Assembly: GCA_965216875.1 (NCBI GenBank)
Contig: OZ244207.1
Location: forward strand, 6,560,001-6,624,000
Direction: 5' to 3'
From: Rubripirellula sp.
GTDB lineage: Bacteria; Planctomycetota; Planctomycetia; Pirellulales; Pirellulaceae
Length of the DNA: 64,000 nt
Shown here: positions 15,050 to 23,989 of the stretch, piece by piece
How positions within the stretch are numbered: the first letter of the stretch is position 1
How the letters are laid out: each line of letters begins with the position of its first letter
Translations under genes and position numbers: made by a program
The notes under the pieces: model-generated
The model's database searches: none
What the model saw: only the letters and a program-made list of their open reading frames with translations
Told to the model about the DNA's origin: nothing

Positions 15050-16109
15050 CGTTGAGGGCGCGCTGTTGAGCTTCCAGCACTGCTTGCTCAAGCGGATCGC
15101 CACTTCCTGGGACAGGTTTCTCTGACGCGAGAATCGGCGCGACGGTAAAGCCATTGCCGCGACTGAGCGCCGTTCGGTAAACGTCGATTGGTCCTGGTTG
15201 CAGCGCGTCGCCCGGCGGAAGAGCAAACCGGCCAATGCCGCGACCGTGATAGTTGGCGTCTTCGATAGGGTTGGGACTTTTCCCCGTACGATCGATGGCA
15301 ACCGACTGTAGCTCTCGCGTGCGGACGACGATCTCGTAAAGCACTTTGGGTGGAATATGGCGCGTCAGGTCGCGCGTGATCGGTTCGCCATAGATGTCAT
15401 AGGTTTGATACGTTTCGATCAACGTCCCGCCAGCGCTTCTGGCAAACTCGGCGTTGACGGATTGGCCGCTCCTCAATCGCAATGAACGATCGTTGGACGG
15501 ATTATTCAGATCAAGGATCTCCATTTGGATTTCGCCCGGCCCGCCGTTATGCAGTTTCACTGGCACGCTCGTTAGCGGTGTGTCAGGTATCAGTTTTGAT
15601 TCGACCAGGACCGATTGCGGGTATCGATAGGGGCTGTAGAGTCGCTCGGACCCTACCGAGTACATGCCTAAGTTTTGGCCGCCGAAACGCTGGGGCGGTC
15701 CATTAAATCGATCGTCGTAAGGTTGGGACTGACGCTGATCCCAAAGTGAAGGCGACTGCGATCGAGGTCGCAAGCTTTCGCGCGTCCGTCGAAACTGCGG
15801 GGACGGATCATTGAGGTCTGCCCGCAAGATTTCTCCTTGGCCGGATGCTGGCAGTCGAAGTACCGAGCCGGAGACTTGGTTGAGGTAGCCAAGGAAGTTG
15901 CCATCACGCGAATCGTAACGTCGCTCGCGCAAGTATTTGTCCGTTCGACCCGTAATCGTGTCGGTCAACCAAATGTCGTTGCGTTCGAACCGAAGGGTTG
16001 CTGTCGTGTTGGCGCGTGAATCGACAATTTCGAACGATTCGGCGTCGGAAGAGGACAAACCTGTTGTCGTCAAAATGAGCAGTGATGCCAGGACGAGTGG
16101 CCAGCGCAT
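15033..16109 (-). CDS. Secreted hypothetical protein
   Basis: N-terminal signal peptide MRWPLVLASLLILTTTGLSSSDA; no recognised domain. Confidence 0.75.
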   Translation of the reverse strand: MRWPLVLASLLILTTTGLSSSDAESFEIVDSRANTTATLRFERNDIWLTDTITGRTDKYLRERRYDSRDGNFLGYLNQVSGSVLRLPASGQGEILRADLNDPSPQFRRTRESLRPRSQSPSLWDQRQSQPYDDRFNGPPQRFGGQNLGMYSVGSERLYSPYRYPQSVLVESKLIPDTPLTSVPVKLHNGGPGEIQMEILDLNNPSNDRSLRLRSGQSVNAEFARSAGGTLIETYQTYDIYGEPITRDLTRHIPPKVLYEIVVRTRELQSVAIDRTGKSPNPIEDANYHGRGIGRFALPPGDALQPGPIDVYRTALSRGNGFTVAPILASEKPVPGSGDPLEQAVLEAQQRALNARRGE

Positions 16110-16297
16110 GAGCTGTACTCACAAACGGATTGCGGGGAGAAATCAATCGGAGGCACCGGCTCGATTATACCCGAGTGAGCGATTCAGAAGAAACGAATCA
16201 GGGGCAAGCTCGCATCACAGGAATAAGCGAGCGTTGGCAAATACCGCGGTTCCAAGAGGGATCCAGCAGCAGCGCGAGAATTCGAGTGCCTGGCGAA

Positions 16298-16951
16298 TTA
16301 CTCGTTCGACACTTTCGCCGCGTCACGGCGTTCGGCGCGTCGCGAGAGCGTGCCAACGCAAGCGGAGCTGCAAATCAGACCGACCAATCCCAAGAAGACG
16401 GTCGCCCCCAAGGCGCCAAGTCGCTCACTCACTTCGAGGTTCTTGAGCGATCCGAGAAACAGGTCGCGCGCCTCTTCGTCGAACTGAAGCTCTGCGGCAT
16501 GTTCGAATTGGGTCAAGCCTTCTTTGGTGACTTTGCCATCGTAGCGTCGCGTGACCAAGTGTTTTTCAATCCACTTGTCCGAGATGGGATGGTAGTCAGA
16601 GCGGCCAAGTGCTCCTGGCAAACCGGCCAAGTAAGTTTCGACGGCGCCGCGAATCTTGATCTTCAATTCTTCGCCACTTTCCTCGGGTGTATCCCAAGGC
16701 ATCGACACAACGACGATCTTGTGAGGCAAGTCGGCAAGTTCCGGCGGTGCGCTGACCCACTCGGGACGATCTTCGGGATAGTCGACGTGATCAAGCAGCG
16801 GAACTGACAGAGACTTAACATCGCCTTCGATTTTGGCGGGCGTCTTTTTCTCGGGCGTGTCCTTGTCTTGTCCAAGCGTTGTGGTTGCTGGGACTAGCAG
16901 AAGCAGTGCCAAGCATGCGCTACTGGTCGTTGCGATTTTCTTCTTGCTCAT
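16298..16951 (-). CDS. Exported protein with C-terminal membrane anchor
   Basis: Signal peptide (KKK then LALLLLVPA), C-terminal TM LGALGATVFLGLVGLICSSACVG; start overlaps the kinase stop (ATGA). Confidence 0.8.
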   Translation of the reverse strand: MSKKKIATTSSACLALLLLVPATTTLGQDKDTPEKKTPAKIEGDVKSLSVPLLDHVDYPEDRPEWVSAPPELADLPHKIVVVSMPWDTPEESGEELKIKIRGAVETYLAGLPGALGRSDYHPISDKWIEKHLVTRRYDGKVTKEGLTQFEHAAELQFDEEARDLFLGSLKNLEVSERLGALGATVFLGLVGLICSSACVGTLSRRAERRDAAKVSNE

Positions 16952-19335
16952 GCCACGCTCCTTGCGTCGACTGCAGTCCCGTCAACGGGTGCGGGGGTGA
17001 GGTTTCTTCGTGACGAAGCTCGTGGGTTGATCCAAGGCGAAGCCATTTGCACGGCGACTGCGATACCGCCAGCCATCAACATGCCAGCTGGTTGTGGAAT
17101 GGGAAGGACTTGGTGAACGCCCCATTCGGCGACCACGGCTACCGCGACTGACCAAAGACTCAATCGAGTTCGGCGAAGCGGATCGACAGGTTTCCACCAA
17201 CGCAGTGCAGCGAACAGCAACGCGAAGTGGGCCATCAATGCTGACGCCATCGGCGACCCGTCCGGACTGTAAAGTGCCTGCGGAAGTGCCGTCGTGGTGA
17301 CATCGCGAGCAACTTGGGTTTCCGAAAGTGGGATCATCAAGAAGTCACCGATGCTGTAGGCCGCCAAGCCAACTCCAGCACCGACGCCGGCGAGCACAAG
17401 GCGACGTGGCAAACCTTCGCCCTCATCACGCTCCCAAAGCTTGCCCATCCCCAGCAGACTGATCGAGGCGACAAGCACGACGATGGCCATCCAGCCGTAA
17501 GGTGCGATGGCAACGGCATCGACTGTGCCGGTTCGCAGTCCGATGACACCTGCCCCAAGCGCCATGCCGAGTGCGGTAAAGGTCGCTGCGATCCACGAGG
17601 TATTCAGTTCGGCGACGCGATGGATCGAACGCTTGGCTCGCAAGCTCGTTCGCATGTTGTCACGCCACTGCTTGCGTGAAATTGGACGTTGCGGCACGCC
17701 GGCCGCAGTGGCGATCCGTTGTGCCTGGGCATACGTCGGTTGCTGGCGCACATGAAGCACCATCTGCCGAACGATGTAGTAGGGAACGTAAAAGAACGCG
17801 ACGAGCGACAAGAGCGGCAACAGCCAATGGGTGTTGACGATCAAAACGAACGCACCAACGATCAAGAGGAACGCTTTCGCACCGGGTGATCGGTCGAGCG
17901 TTGCCCACCAGCGGTTCAAGTCCGAGATGCTGTGTCGAATGGCTCGAGCGAACGGTTCGTCCGCCGTGGGTGATTTGTAATTGGGGCGTTCGTTGTTTCG
18001 GCAGCGACCGTACTTATGGTTTTGACGCGGTCCTGCGACTTCCTCGGCAAGGATTGGCAACTCTTCTTGCGTTGTCGCTTCGGCTGGCTCAGGAACCTGT
18101 TCTGCCAGGACGACAGGTGAGCCGTGGTCGGTTTCGCCCATGCCGATTGAGTTCATCATTTCGGCAACGGTCGAAAATCGTTTGGCAGGGTCTTTTTCCA
18201 AGCATCGCGAGATCGTCGATCGGTATGGTTCTGCAATGCCGGAAAGGTTTGGCGCGGCGGTCAAGTGTTTGACGATGATCTCGTGACAGCTTTCGCCGTC
18301 GAACGGGACTTCACCAGTCAACAACTCGTACAGCATGATGCCGAGTGCGTAGATATCGATCTCGCGTCCGTATTGGCCACGGCCGATTTCAGGCGCCATG
18401 TAGTGGAACGTGCCAACGCTTTCGGTGTGGCCACCACGGTGCGATGCCGAGATAAACTTGCTCAAGCCGTAGTCGCCAACTTTGATGATGCCCAAGTCAT
18501 CAAAGACGTTGCCTGGTTTCAAGTCTCGGTGAACCAAGCCCGCCGAATGCAGATGATTGACGCCGGCTGCGATCGCGCCGAACCAGCGGCGTGCTTCACT
18601 TTCGCCGAGGCCATCGGGTGATCGGTCAAGGACTTCGCGGAGGTTGGGACCCGCGACGTATTCCATCACAACCCAAGATTCGTTGTTGGGGTCGCGACAG
18701 ATGTCGAACAACGAAACCAGGTTAGGGTGTTTTAGGTTCAGGCAGTGCGAAACGCCTCGCAGTTCAACCTCGAGGTTGCGTTGAATTCGTTTGAGGGCGA
18801 CTTCTTTTCCAGCTTCGCTGACGGCAAAGTAAACTTCACCGAAACCACCGATGCCGATCCCGCGTCGAATGGTGTAGCGCGGCAAGGGCTCCGAACCCGG
18901 AGCGAAGGTGAACGCATTTGGCTTTAGGCCAGCGTCACTCGCTTGGGTGTCGTCGAGAGCTTGTTGCCGCGAAGAGTGGTTCATCGGATCGGATGAAGTG
19001 AAAGTGCCTTCATGAGGCTCAGCTTGCGAGTCGGATGGGCTGGCATCGTCACCTTCTCCTGCCGCCGCAACCTGCTGGCCGTTCGGTCTTATTTTATCGA
19101 GAAGAGCGGACATGAAACCGGTTTTCCGGGGAGAATCGTCGTTGCCAGCAGCCACCTGCCGGCCGTTTTGTGCCGCATTTTCCAGCTGCGACGGTTGGTG
19201 GCCCGCCGCGTTGGGCTGGTCACCGGAATCTTTCCATAAAGCCTGGGCACCATCGCTGGCGTTTTCGGGCGCATCGGTTGTCGCCGCCCCGTTGGTCGTG
19301 CCCGTCGTCGCTGCGGGAGTTTTTGGCTGGTTCAT
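16948..19335 (-). CDS. Hanks-type Ser/Thr protein kinase with disordered N-terminus and multi-TM C-terminal domain
   Basis: GIGGFGEVY, VALK, HRDLKPGN, DYG, GTFHYMAPE, DIYALG; several hydrophobic helices in the C-terminal ~300 aa. ATG at 19335 overlaps the upstream stop (ATGA). Confidence 0.93.
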   Translation of the reverse strand: MNQPKTPAATTGTTNGAATTDAPENASDGAQALWKDSGDQPNAAGHQPSQLENAAQNGRQVAAGNDDSPRKTGFMSALLDKIRPNGQQVAAAGEGDDASPSDSQAEPHEGTFTSSDPMNHSSRQQALDDTQASDAGLKPNAFTFAPGSEPLPRYTIRRGIGIGGFGEVYFAVSEAGKEVALKRIQRNLEVELRGVSHCLNLKHPNLVSLFDICRDPNNESWVVMEYVAGPNLREVLDRSPDGLGESEARRWFGAIAAGVNHLHSAGLVHRDLKPGNVFDDLGIIKVGDYGLSKFISASHRGGHTESVGTFHYMAPEIGRGQYGREIDIYALGIMLYELLTGEVPFDGESCHEIIVKHLTAAPNLSGIAEPYRSTISRCLEKDPAKRFSTVAEMMNSIGMGETDHGSPVVLAEQVPEPAEATTQEELPILAEEVAGPRQNHKYGRCRNNERPNYKSPTADEPFARAIRHSISDLNRWWATLDRSPGAKAFLLIVGAFVLIVNTHWLLPLLSLVAFFYVPYYIVRQMVLHVRQQPTYAQAQRIATAAGVPQRPISRKQWRDNMRTSLRAKRSIHRVAELNTSWIAATFTALGMALGAGVIGLRTGTVDAVAIAPYGWMAIVVLVASISLLGMGKLWERDEGEGLPRRLVLAGVGAGVGLAAYSIGDFLMIPLSETQVARDVTTTALPQALYSPDGSPMASALMAHFALLFAALRWWKPVDPLRRTRLSLWSVAVAVVAEWGVHQVLPIPQPAGMLMAGGIAVAVQMASPWINPRASSRRNLTPAPVDGTAVDARSVA

Positions 19336-19943
19336 GCCTTCTCCAACGTCATCGCAAGGGACTGCAGCGTGACCCGGTTGCCCGGAACAAGTTCTTCGAA
19401 ATCGGCGGCCAGTCCTACTTTGCCCATCCACGTGTCGCCGCGGCATGTCAGCACAATGCGGTCGTCCAGTTGGTGGCATCGAATGTGGCAATCAGGTTGC
19501 GGGCCGATCAACAACGTTTGGTCAACCAACACCACTCCATCAACGTGATCAGCGAATCGATGCGGAGCTGTAAGTGTCAAGGTTGCCGAACTACTAAGTG
19601 GACTTGGTGTTTGCAGTGTCACGCAGGCCGATCCAGGAATCGGTAGCGGACGACCGCTCGTTATCAATGCTCTTGGAATGCTGTTCGCAATGGAGTGACC
19701 GTGTTCAACGGGGCTGCCATTGTCGTTGGCTCGCCAAAAATAGTCGCCGCTGTTCCGCTCGATTGTTCCAGCGTTGCGCGGCCAGTCGGCTCGGACACAA
19801 ATGTCGGCCAGTTGTTGGCTGCTCGGTCCCCCTACACTCCAGCGATCGCCAGTCAGCAGTAGGAATCCGCCACATCCGTCAATCCAAAGCCTCCAGCGAA
19901 GCGCTGGAGGCAGGTCGTTCGATGAGGTCGAGTTTGCTGACAC
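19332..19943 (-). CDS. Putative degenerate tandem FHA-like protein
   Basis: Beta-rich; two FHA-like starts (WSVGG...ADICV and LLIGPQPDCHI) without the canonical GR/SRxH residues; coupled to the kinase gene. Confidence 0.6.
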   Translation of the reverse strand: MSANSTSSNDLPPALRWRLWIDGCGGFLLLTGDRWSVGGPSSQQLADICVRADWPRNAGTIERNSGDYFWRANDNGSPVEHGHSIANSIPRALITSGRPLPIPGSACVTLQTPSPLSSSATLTLTAPHRFADHVDGVVLVDQTLLIGPQPDCHIRCHQLDDRIVLTCRGDTWMGKVGLAADFEELVPGNRVTLQSLAMTLEKA

Positions 19944-19990
19944 GAATCAGCCTACGGTGTCAGGGAAAACTTACGGCCAATCCGCTTTGC

Positions 19991-20797
19991 TCAGTCAAGC
20001 TGAACGGATACCAATGCACCTTGAGGAACGTTTGGCTCGCTGAAGTACGTGGTGATCTCGTTCAGCAAGTCCTCATCGCTCGGTTGGTCCAAGTCGATTT
20101 CGCCATAGTAGTCGACATCGACAGCCATGGTTTCCTCTTCAACATCGATACGGGTCGCGATCGTGTCGAGCAGTTCGCGGGTCTGCGACAAGTGACTGTC
20201 GTCCAGGTTCAGCTTGCTGCTGGTCTGTGCGACTCGCAGGGCTGCCACGCGGGCTTGCAGGTTCTCGACTTCGACCTCGAGTTGCCGCTTGCTGCTAAGC
20301 ATCACTTCCATTCGGTCGTGACCAGCTTGCAACGAAGCGCGACGTGCCGAAACCATCTGCTCGAGTTTGTCGGCAGTGGCTTTGCGCGTCTTGAATCGCT
20401 TGAAACGATTCGACAGGTCGTTCTTGACCTGAACCGAAGTGTAAGTTCGGTCACCGTAAGTGTAGTAGTCGTTGTCGCTACGAAGGTCGTCGGTCAATCG
20501 CTCGATGTCCGACTGGGTTTTTGCGAGACGCTCGTCGGTCTCTTTGAGTTGCTCTTCGAGTTTGGCAACTTCGATCTTTTCGCGTGCAATCCGCTTGGCG
20601 TTGATTTCGATCTCAGGCTTCAGATCGGCGATCATCTGGCGAGCTCGCTTGAGCTCCCATTCCAGAGGCATCGAGTCGCTTGCGGAATCTTGCAGGTAGC
20701 TGACGCCACAACGAGCGTAGCTGAACAGGGGGACGCCCAAAGTGACGGACGAAAGCAATGCCAACGCGCCGCCGGCGAGGACTAATTTCTTGACCAT
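19991..20797 (-). CDS. Membrane-anchored or exported coiled-coil protein, PspA/IM30-like
   Basis: N-terminal hydrophobic helix, long heptad coiled coils with a central turn, acidic C-terminal helix; RBS GGGAGAG. The ORF is solid; the PspA similarity is architectural only. Confidence 0.6.
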   Translation of the reverse strand: MVKKLVLAGGALALLSSVTLGVPLFSYARCGVSYLQDSASDSMPLEWELKRARQMIADLKPEIEINAKRIAREKIEVAKLEEQLKETDERLAKTQSDIERLTDDLRSDNDYYTYGDRTYTSVQVKNDLSNRFKRFKTRKATADKLEQMVSARRASLQAGHDRMEVMLSSKRQLEVEVENLQARVAALRVAQTSSKLNLDDSHLSQTRELLDTIATRIDVEEETMAVDVDYYGEIDLDQPSDEDLLNEITTYFSEPNVPQGALVSVQLD

Positions 20798-21250
20798 GGA
20801 TACTCTCCCAACTTGGCTGATTTGGTTGCGGCAACTGCCGCGTCACAACCAAGGATTCGCAGGCCTGCGGCCGATCTTGGGTCCGCAGCGAAAAATTGCC
20901 GGTTTTGCAGGTTTTTTCAATGCTGCGGGGCTGGGAAGAACTCCGTTGCCCAGGTCCGCAGGGGGCCACGAAAAGGTTGCCGCGACCGACAGAATTGGCG
21001 GGTGAGAGCCCCGAATTGGCCATTAAAGGAAATCAGGGCACCTTAAGTTGCCATTTAGTGGCATATGATTACACTAAAGTGGCAGGAATGACCGATGACT
21101 TATCACGGGGCGACTGTCGTGTTGGCAAGATGCGACAGCAGTGTTGCGAGGATGCAACAGATTCTGGAACAGAGCCAATTGGCTTTCTGATCCATAAGTA
21201 AAGCGTCAGTAACGATTTGCGTCGATTTCTGGCGGTCGGCAATGGTGCTT

Positions 21251-21266
21251 CGGCACGTTGCTTGCA
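21251..21266 (+). promoter_or_regulatory. Putative sigma-54 (-24/-12) promoter
   Basis: CGGCACG-TTGC-TTGCA matches TGGCACG-N4-TTGCW except the first base; GG and GC are exactly 10 nt apart; palindromes upstream at 21049-21063 and 21114-21138. Confidence 0.55.
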
Positions 21267-21416
21267 ACTGAACCTCCTTCGCCTGACAAGGCTCCTACTA
21301 GCAACGGACCTGTCAGCAATTGCACCGACGAATTCATTGTCGCGAATCACTCGCATGGTGGATTCGTTTGTTCCACAAAGACGGCAACGGAGTGCTCAGA
21401 ATCGGAGGCCACACCC

Positions 21417-21635
21417 ATGACGACCTCAACCGAAAAACGCCAACCATCACTTTCGACCCATGGCGACCATTGGTTGGAAATGACGGCAACCCTTTCACGC
21501 GAATCGACCGACGAGTTCGGCGATTGGCTAGGCGATGAATTAGCAAAGCTCGAGAAGGAACTCTACACCTTCATCACTCCCCGGTCACTGACCAAGGGGA
21601 GTCAGCGACAGCCCTCGTCCACACCCGTCGCCTAG
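21417..21635 (+). CDS. Small hypothetical protein (72 aa)
   Basis: GGAGG RBS at 21404-21408 before ATG 21417; helical core DEFGDWLGDELAKLEKEL. Confidence 0.7.
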   Translation: MTTSTEKRQPSLSTHGDHWLEMTATLSRESTDEFGDWLGDELAKLEKELYTFITPRSLTKGSQRQPSSTPVA

Positions 21636-21649
21636 GTCGATTCTTGCGA

Positions 21650-21690
21650 GTAGGCCGGATCACGGAGCAACAGCGAGACTGATCCGGCAT
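21650..21690. repeat. GTAG-type REP-like palindrome
   Basis: GTAGGCCGGATCA...TGATCCGGCAT hairpin just after a stop codon; a related copy lies at 43852-43892. Confidence 0.7.
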
Positions 21691-21793
21691 GGCCCTCGAG
21701 AATGCGCTGGGCTGCTCCCGATCTCTATCGCCGTATTCAAGCCGTGTAGAATTGAGGCTTCCTGCCTCAAAACTTCCCACCACGGCTTTCTTG

Positions 21794-23908
21794 ATGCGCT
21801 CGTTCTTTTTAACTGCCGTTTTTGGTCTGCTCTCGATTCTCGTCAGCAATCAGGCAACGCTTGCTCAGGGCGTGATCCAAACGCTCGATCAGACTCCAGA
21901 AACGAATTGGCATCGCGCCGGGTTTTGGGAAACGATCGACGGTCAACCGATTGAAAGTAGTTGGGAGTTCGAGAACGACGAAGTGCGATTGATCAAGCCG
22001 CGCGGTGGTCGCGGCAGTTTGGTCAGCCGACCGTTACCGCCAAACTTTGAGTTGTCGTGGGATTGGAAGATCGACACCAAAACCAACACGGGACTGAAGT
22101 ATCGCGTCCGCAAATTTGGTGGCCGCTACCTGGGTGTCGAGTACCAAATCATTGACGAAACACCTGGCAAAGGAAAAGGCAAGGGTTCGACTGCCTCGAT
22201 CTATGACCTCGTAGCGCCCTTCGACGACAAACCTCTTATGCCAGCGGGTCATTGGAACCATGCCAAGGTTGTTGCGATCGGTCATCGGCTCGAGCACTAC
22301 CTCAATGGAAAACTAGTGGCAACGACTCAGACGGTCGGACCGCATTGGGATCAGCACGTTGCGCTGAGCAAGTTCTATGGTCTCGAGGACTTCGGGCGTC
22401 CACGCGATGGCGACCGCATCATGTTGACCGATCATGGCGGCACGGCGGTGTATCGGAACTTTCAATTTGTGACGCGGCAACCCGAGGAGCAATCAGAGCC
22501 GACGGTTTTAAACGCACCCCAGCTCGGCAACGGGATGCGAAATAGCTGGGCCGATCAAGACTCAATCGTGCTGTGGACGCGCACCACGGCGCGGCCTGAA
22601 ATGATTTCGGATGGCCCAAGATTTCACTCGTTAAGCAAAGCGGATGCCGGGCGTCTGGCAAAGAGCGAATCCGAAAGCGACATTCATCGTCAGCAGATTC
22701 CAAGTGGCTCGGAGCTTTCCGAAATTTTCGGAGCGATGCCGGGTGCGTCAGGCGAAGTGCGGCTTACCTACTTTCCAAAGCTCAATCGCAATTCCACAAA
22801 GTCGACCGATTGGGTGAAGACAACGGCGGCGAACGACTTCACCACTCAGTGGCGGCTCGACGGTTTGCAACCCGGGAAAAACTACGCCGCTGTTATCGAG
22901 TCGCGTGATCCCGAGTCGGGTGAACTGACCTGTGTCTTGCGAGGGCACTTCCAAACCGCACCGCCGGCGAAGAAGCGACAGGACCTTTCGTTCTGTGTGA
23001 CGACCTGCCATGACTTTATCCGTCGTGATGACGGCGCAGCCGGACACAAGATCTACCCTGTGATGTCCTCCATGCAGCCAGATTTCGTCGTCCACGCAGG
23101 TGACATCGAATACTACGACAAGCCGGATCCTTGGGCGATGACCCTCCCGCTAATGCGGTTCAAGTGGGGACGCATCTTTGCACTGCCCAGCAACCGTGCG
23201 TTCTACAACGACACGACAAGTTACTTCCTCAAGGATGACCACGACACACTCAAGAACGATTGTTGGGTCGGTCAACGCTACGGAAGCGTGACGTTTGAAG
23301 AGGGTGTCAAGCTTTTCAACGAGGAGCAGTTTCCTTCACACTCGCCGCGATACAAAACCGTGCGTTGGGGCAAGGACTTGCAGGTTTGGTTTTTGGAAGG
23401 ACGCGACTATCGCAGCCCCAACAACATCGCGGACGGACCGGAGAAAACGATCCTTGGGAAAGAACAGCGAGATTGGTTGTTTGAAACACTTGCGAAATCG
23501 GATGCGAAGTTCAAATTGATCTTTAGCCCAACGCCGATTGTCGGACCCGACCGGGCGAACAAAAAAGACAATCACGCCAATGAGAATTTTGTCCATGAAG
23601 GAAACCTCTTGCGTGATGAGTTCGCCCGACACGACGGAGTGATCGTCTTGTGCGGTGATCGACATTGGCAATACGCCTCGGTCGACGAGGAAACAAACCT
23701 GTGGGAGTTTGGCTGTGGACCAGGCAGCGAGAAGCATCAGCTAGGCTGGAAGCAAGGGGACGAGCGGCCGAAGCACCGATTTTTGCGGGTTGCGGGTGGG
23801 TTCCTTTCGGGCGAACTTCAATACGAACAAGGTGACTCGCAACTCACGTTGCGGCACCACAAAGTGACCGGCGAGCCGGTGAGTGAATTCGTTTTTCCAA
23901 CCGAGTGA
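21794..23908 (+). CDS. Secreted DUF1080 (3-keto-disaccharide hydrolase-like) plus PhoD-like metallophosphatase fusion
   Basis: Signal peptide; NFELSWDWK...NTGLKY...EYQIID...SIYDL...WNH...HYLNG...LTDHG...YRN (DUF1080 pattern); DFVVHAGDIEYYD, DDHD, LCGDRH (PhoD pattern). Confidence 0.85.
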   Translation: MRSFFLTAVFGLLSILVSNQATLAQGVIQTLDQTPETNWHRAGFWETIDGQPIESSWEFENDEVRLIKPRGGRGSLVSRPLPPNFELSWDWKIDTKTNTGLKYRVRKFGGRYLGVEYQIIDETPGKGKGKGSTASIYDLVAPFDDKPLMPAGHWNHAKVVAIGHRLEHYLNGKLVATTQTVGPHWDQHVALSKFYGLEDFGRPRDGDRIMLTDHGGTAVYRNFQFVTRQPEEQSEPTVLNAPQLGNGMRNSWADQDSIVLWTRTTARPEMISDGPRFHSLSKADAGRLAKSESESDIHRQQIPSGSELSEIFGAMPGASGEVRLTYFPKLNRNSTKSTDWVKTTAANDFTTQWRLDGLQPGKNYAAVIESRDPESGELTCVLRGHFQTAPPAKKRQDLSFCVTTCHDFIRRDDGAAGHKIYPVMSSMQPDFVVHAGDIEYYDKPDPWAMTLPLMRFKWGRIFALPSNRAFYNDTTSYFLKDDHDTLKNDCWVGQRYGSVTFEEGVKLFNEEQFPSHSPRYKTVRWGKDLQVWFLEGRDYRSPNNIADGPEKTILGKEQRDWLFETLAKSDAKFKLIFSPTPIVGPDRANKKDNHANENFVHEGNLLRDEFARHDGVIVLCGDRHWQYASVDEETNLWEFGCGPGSEKHQLGWKQGDERPKHRFLRVAGGFLSGELQYEQGDSQLTLRHHKVTGEPVSEFVFPTE

Positions 23909-23989
23909 CCGTTTTTCGGCTAATGGACCAACCGTTGAATCGTAATCGTGGTGGTGGAGCTGTTGAATGCGAGGACAGGGGTTAGGAAG

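Noticed and set aside
19598..20785. 395-aa plus-strand ORF
   Set aside because: Shadow of two minus-strand operon genes that have RBS or coupling support.
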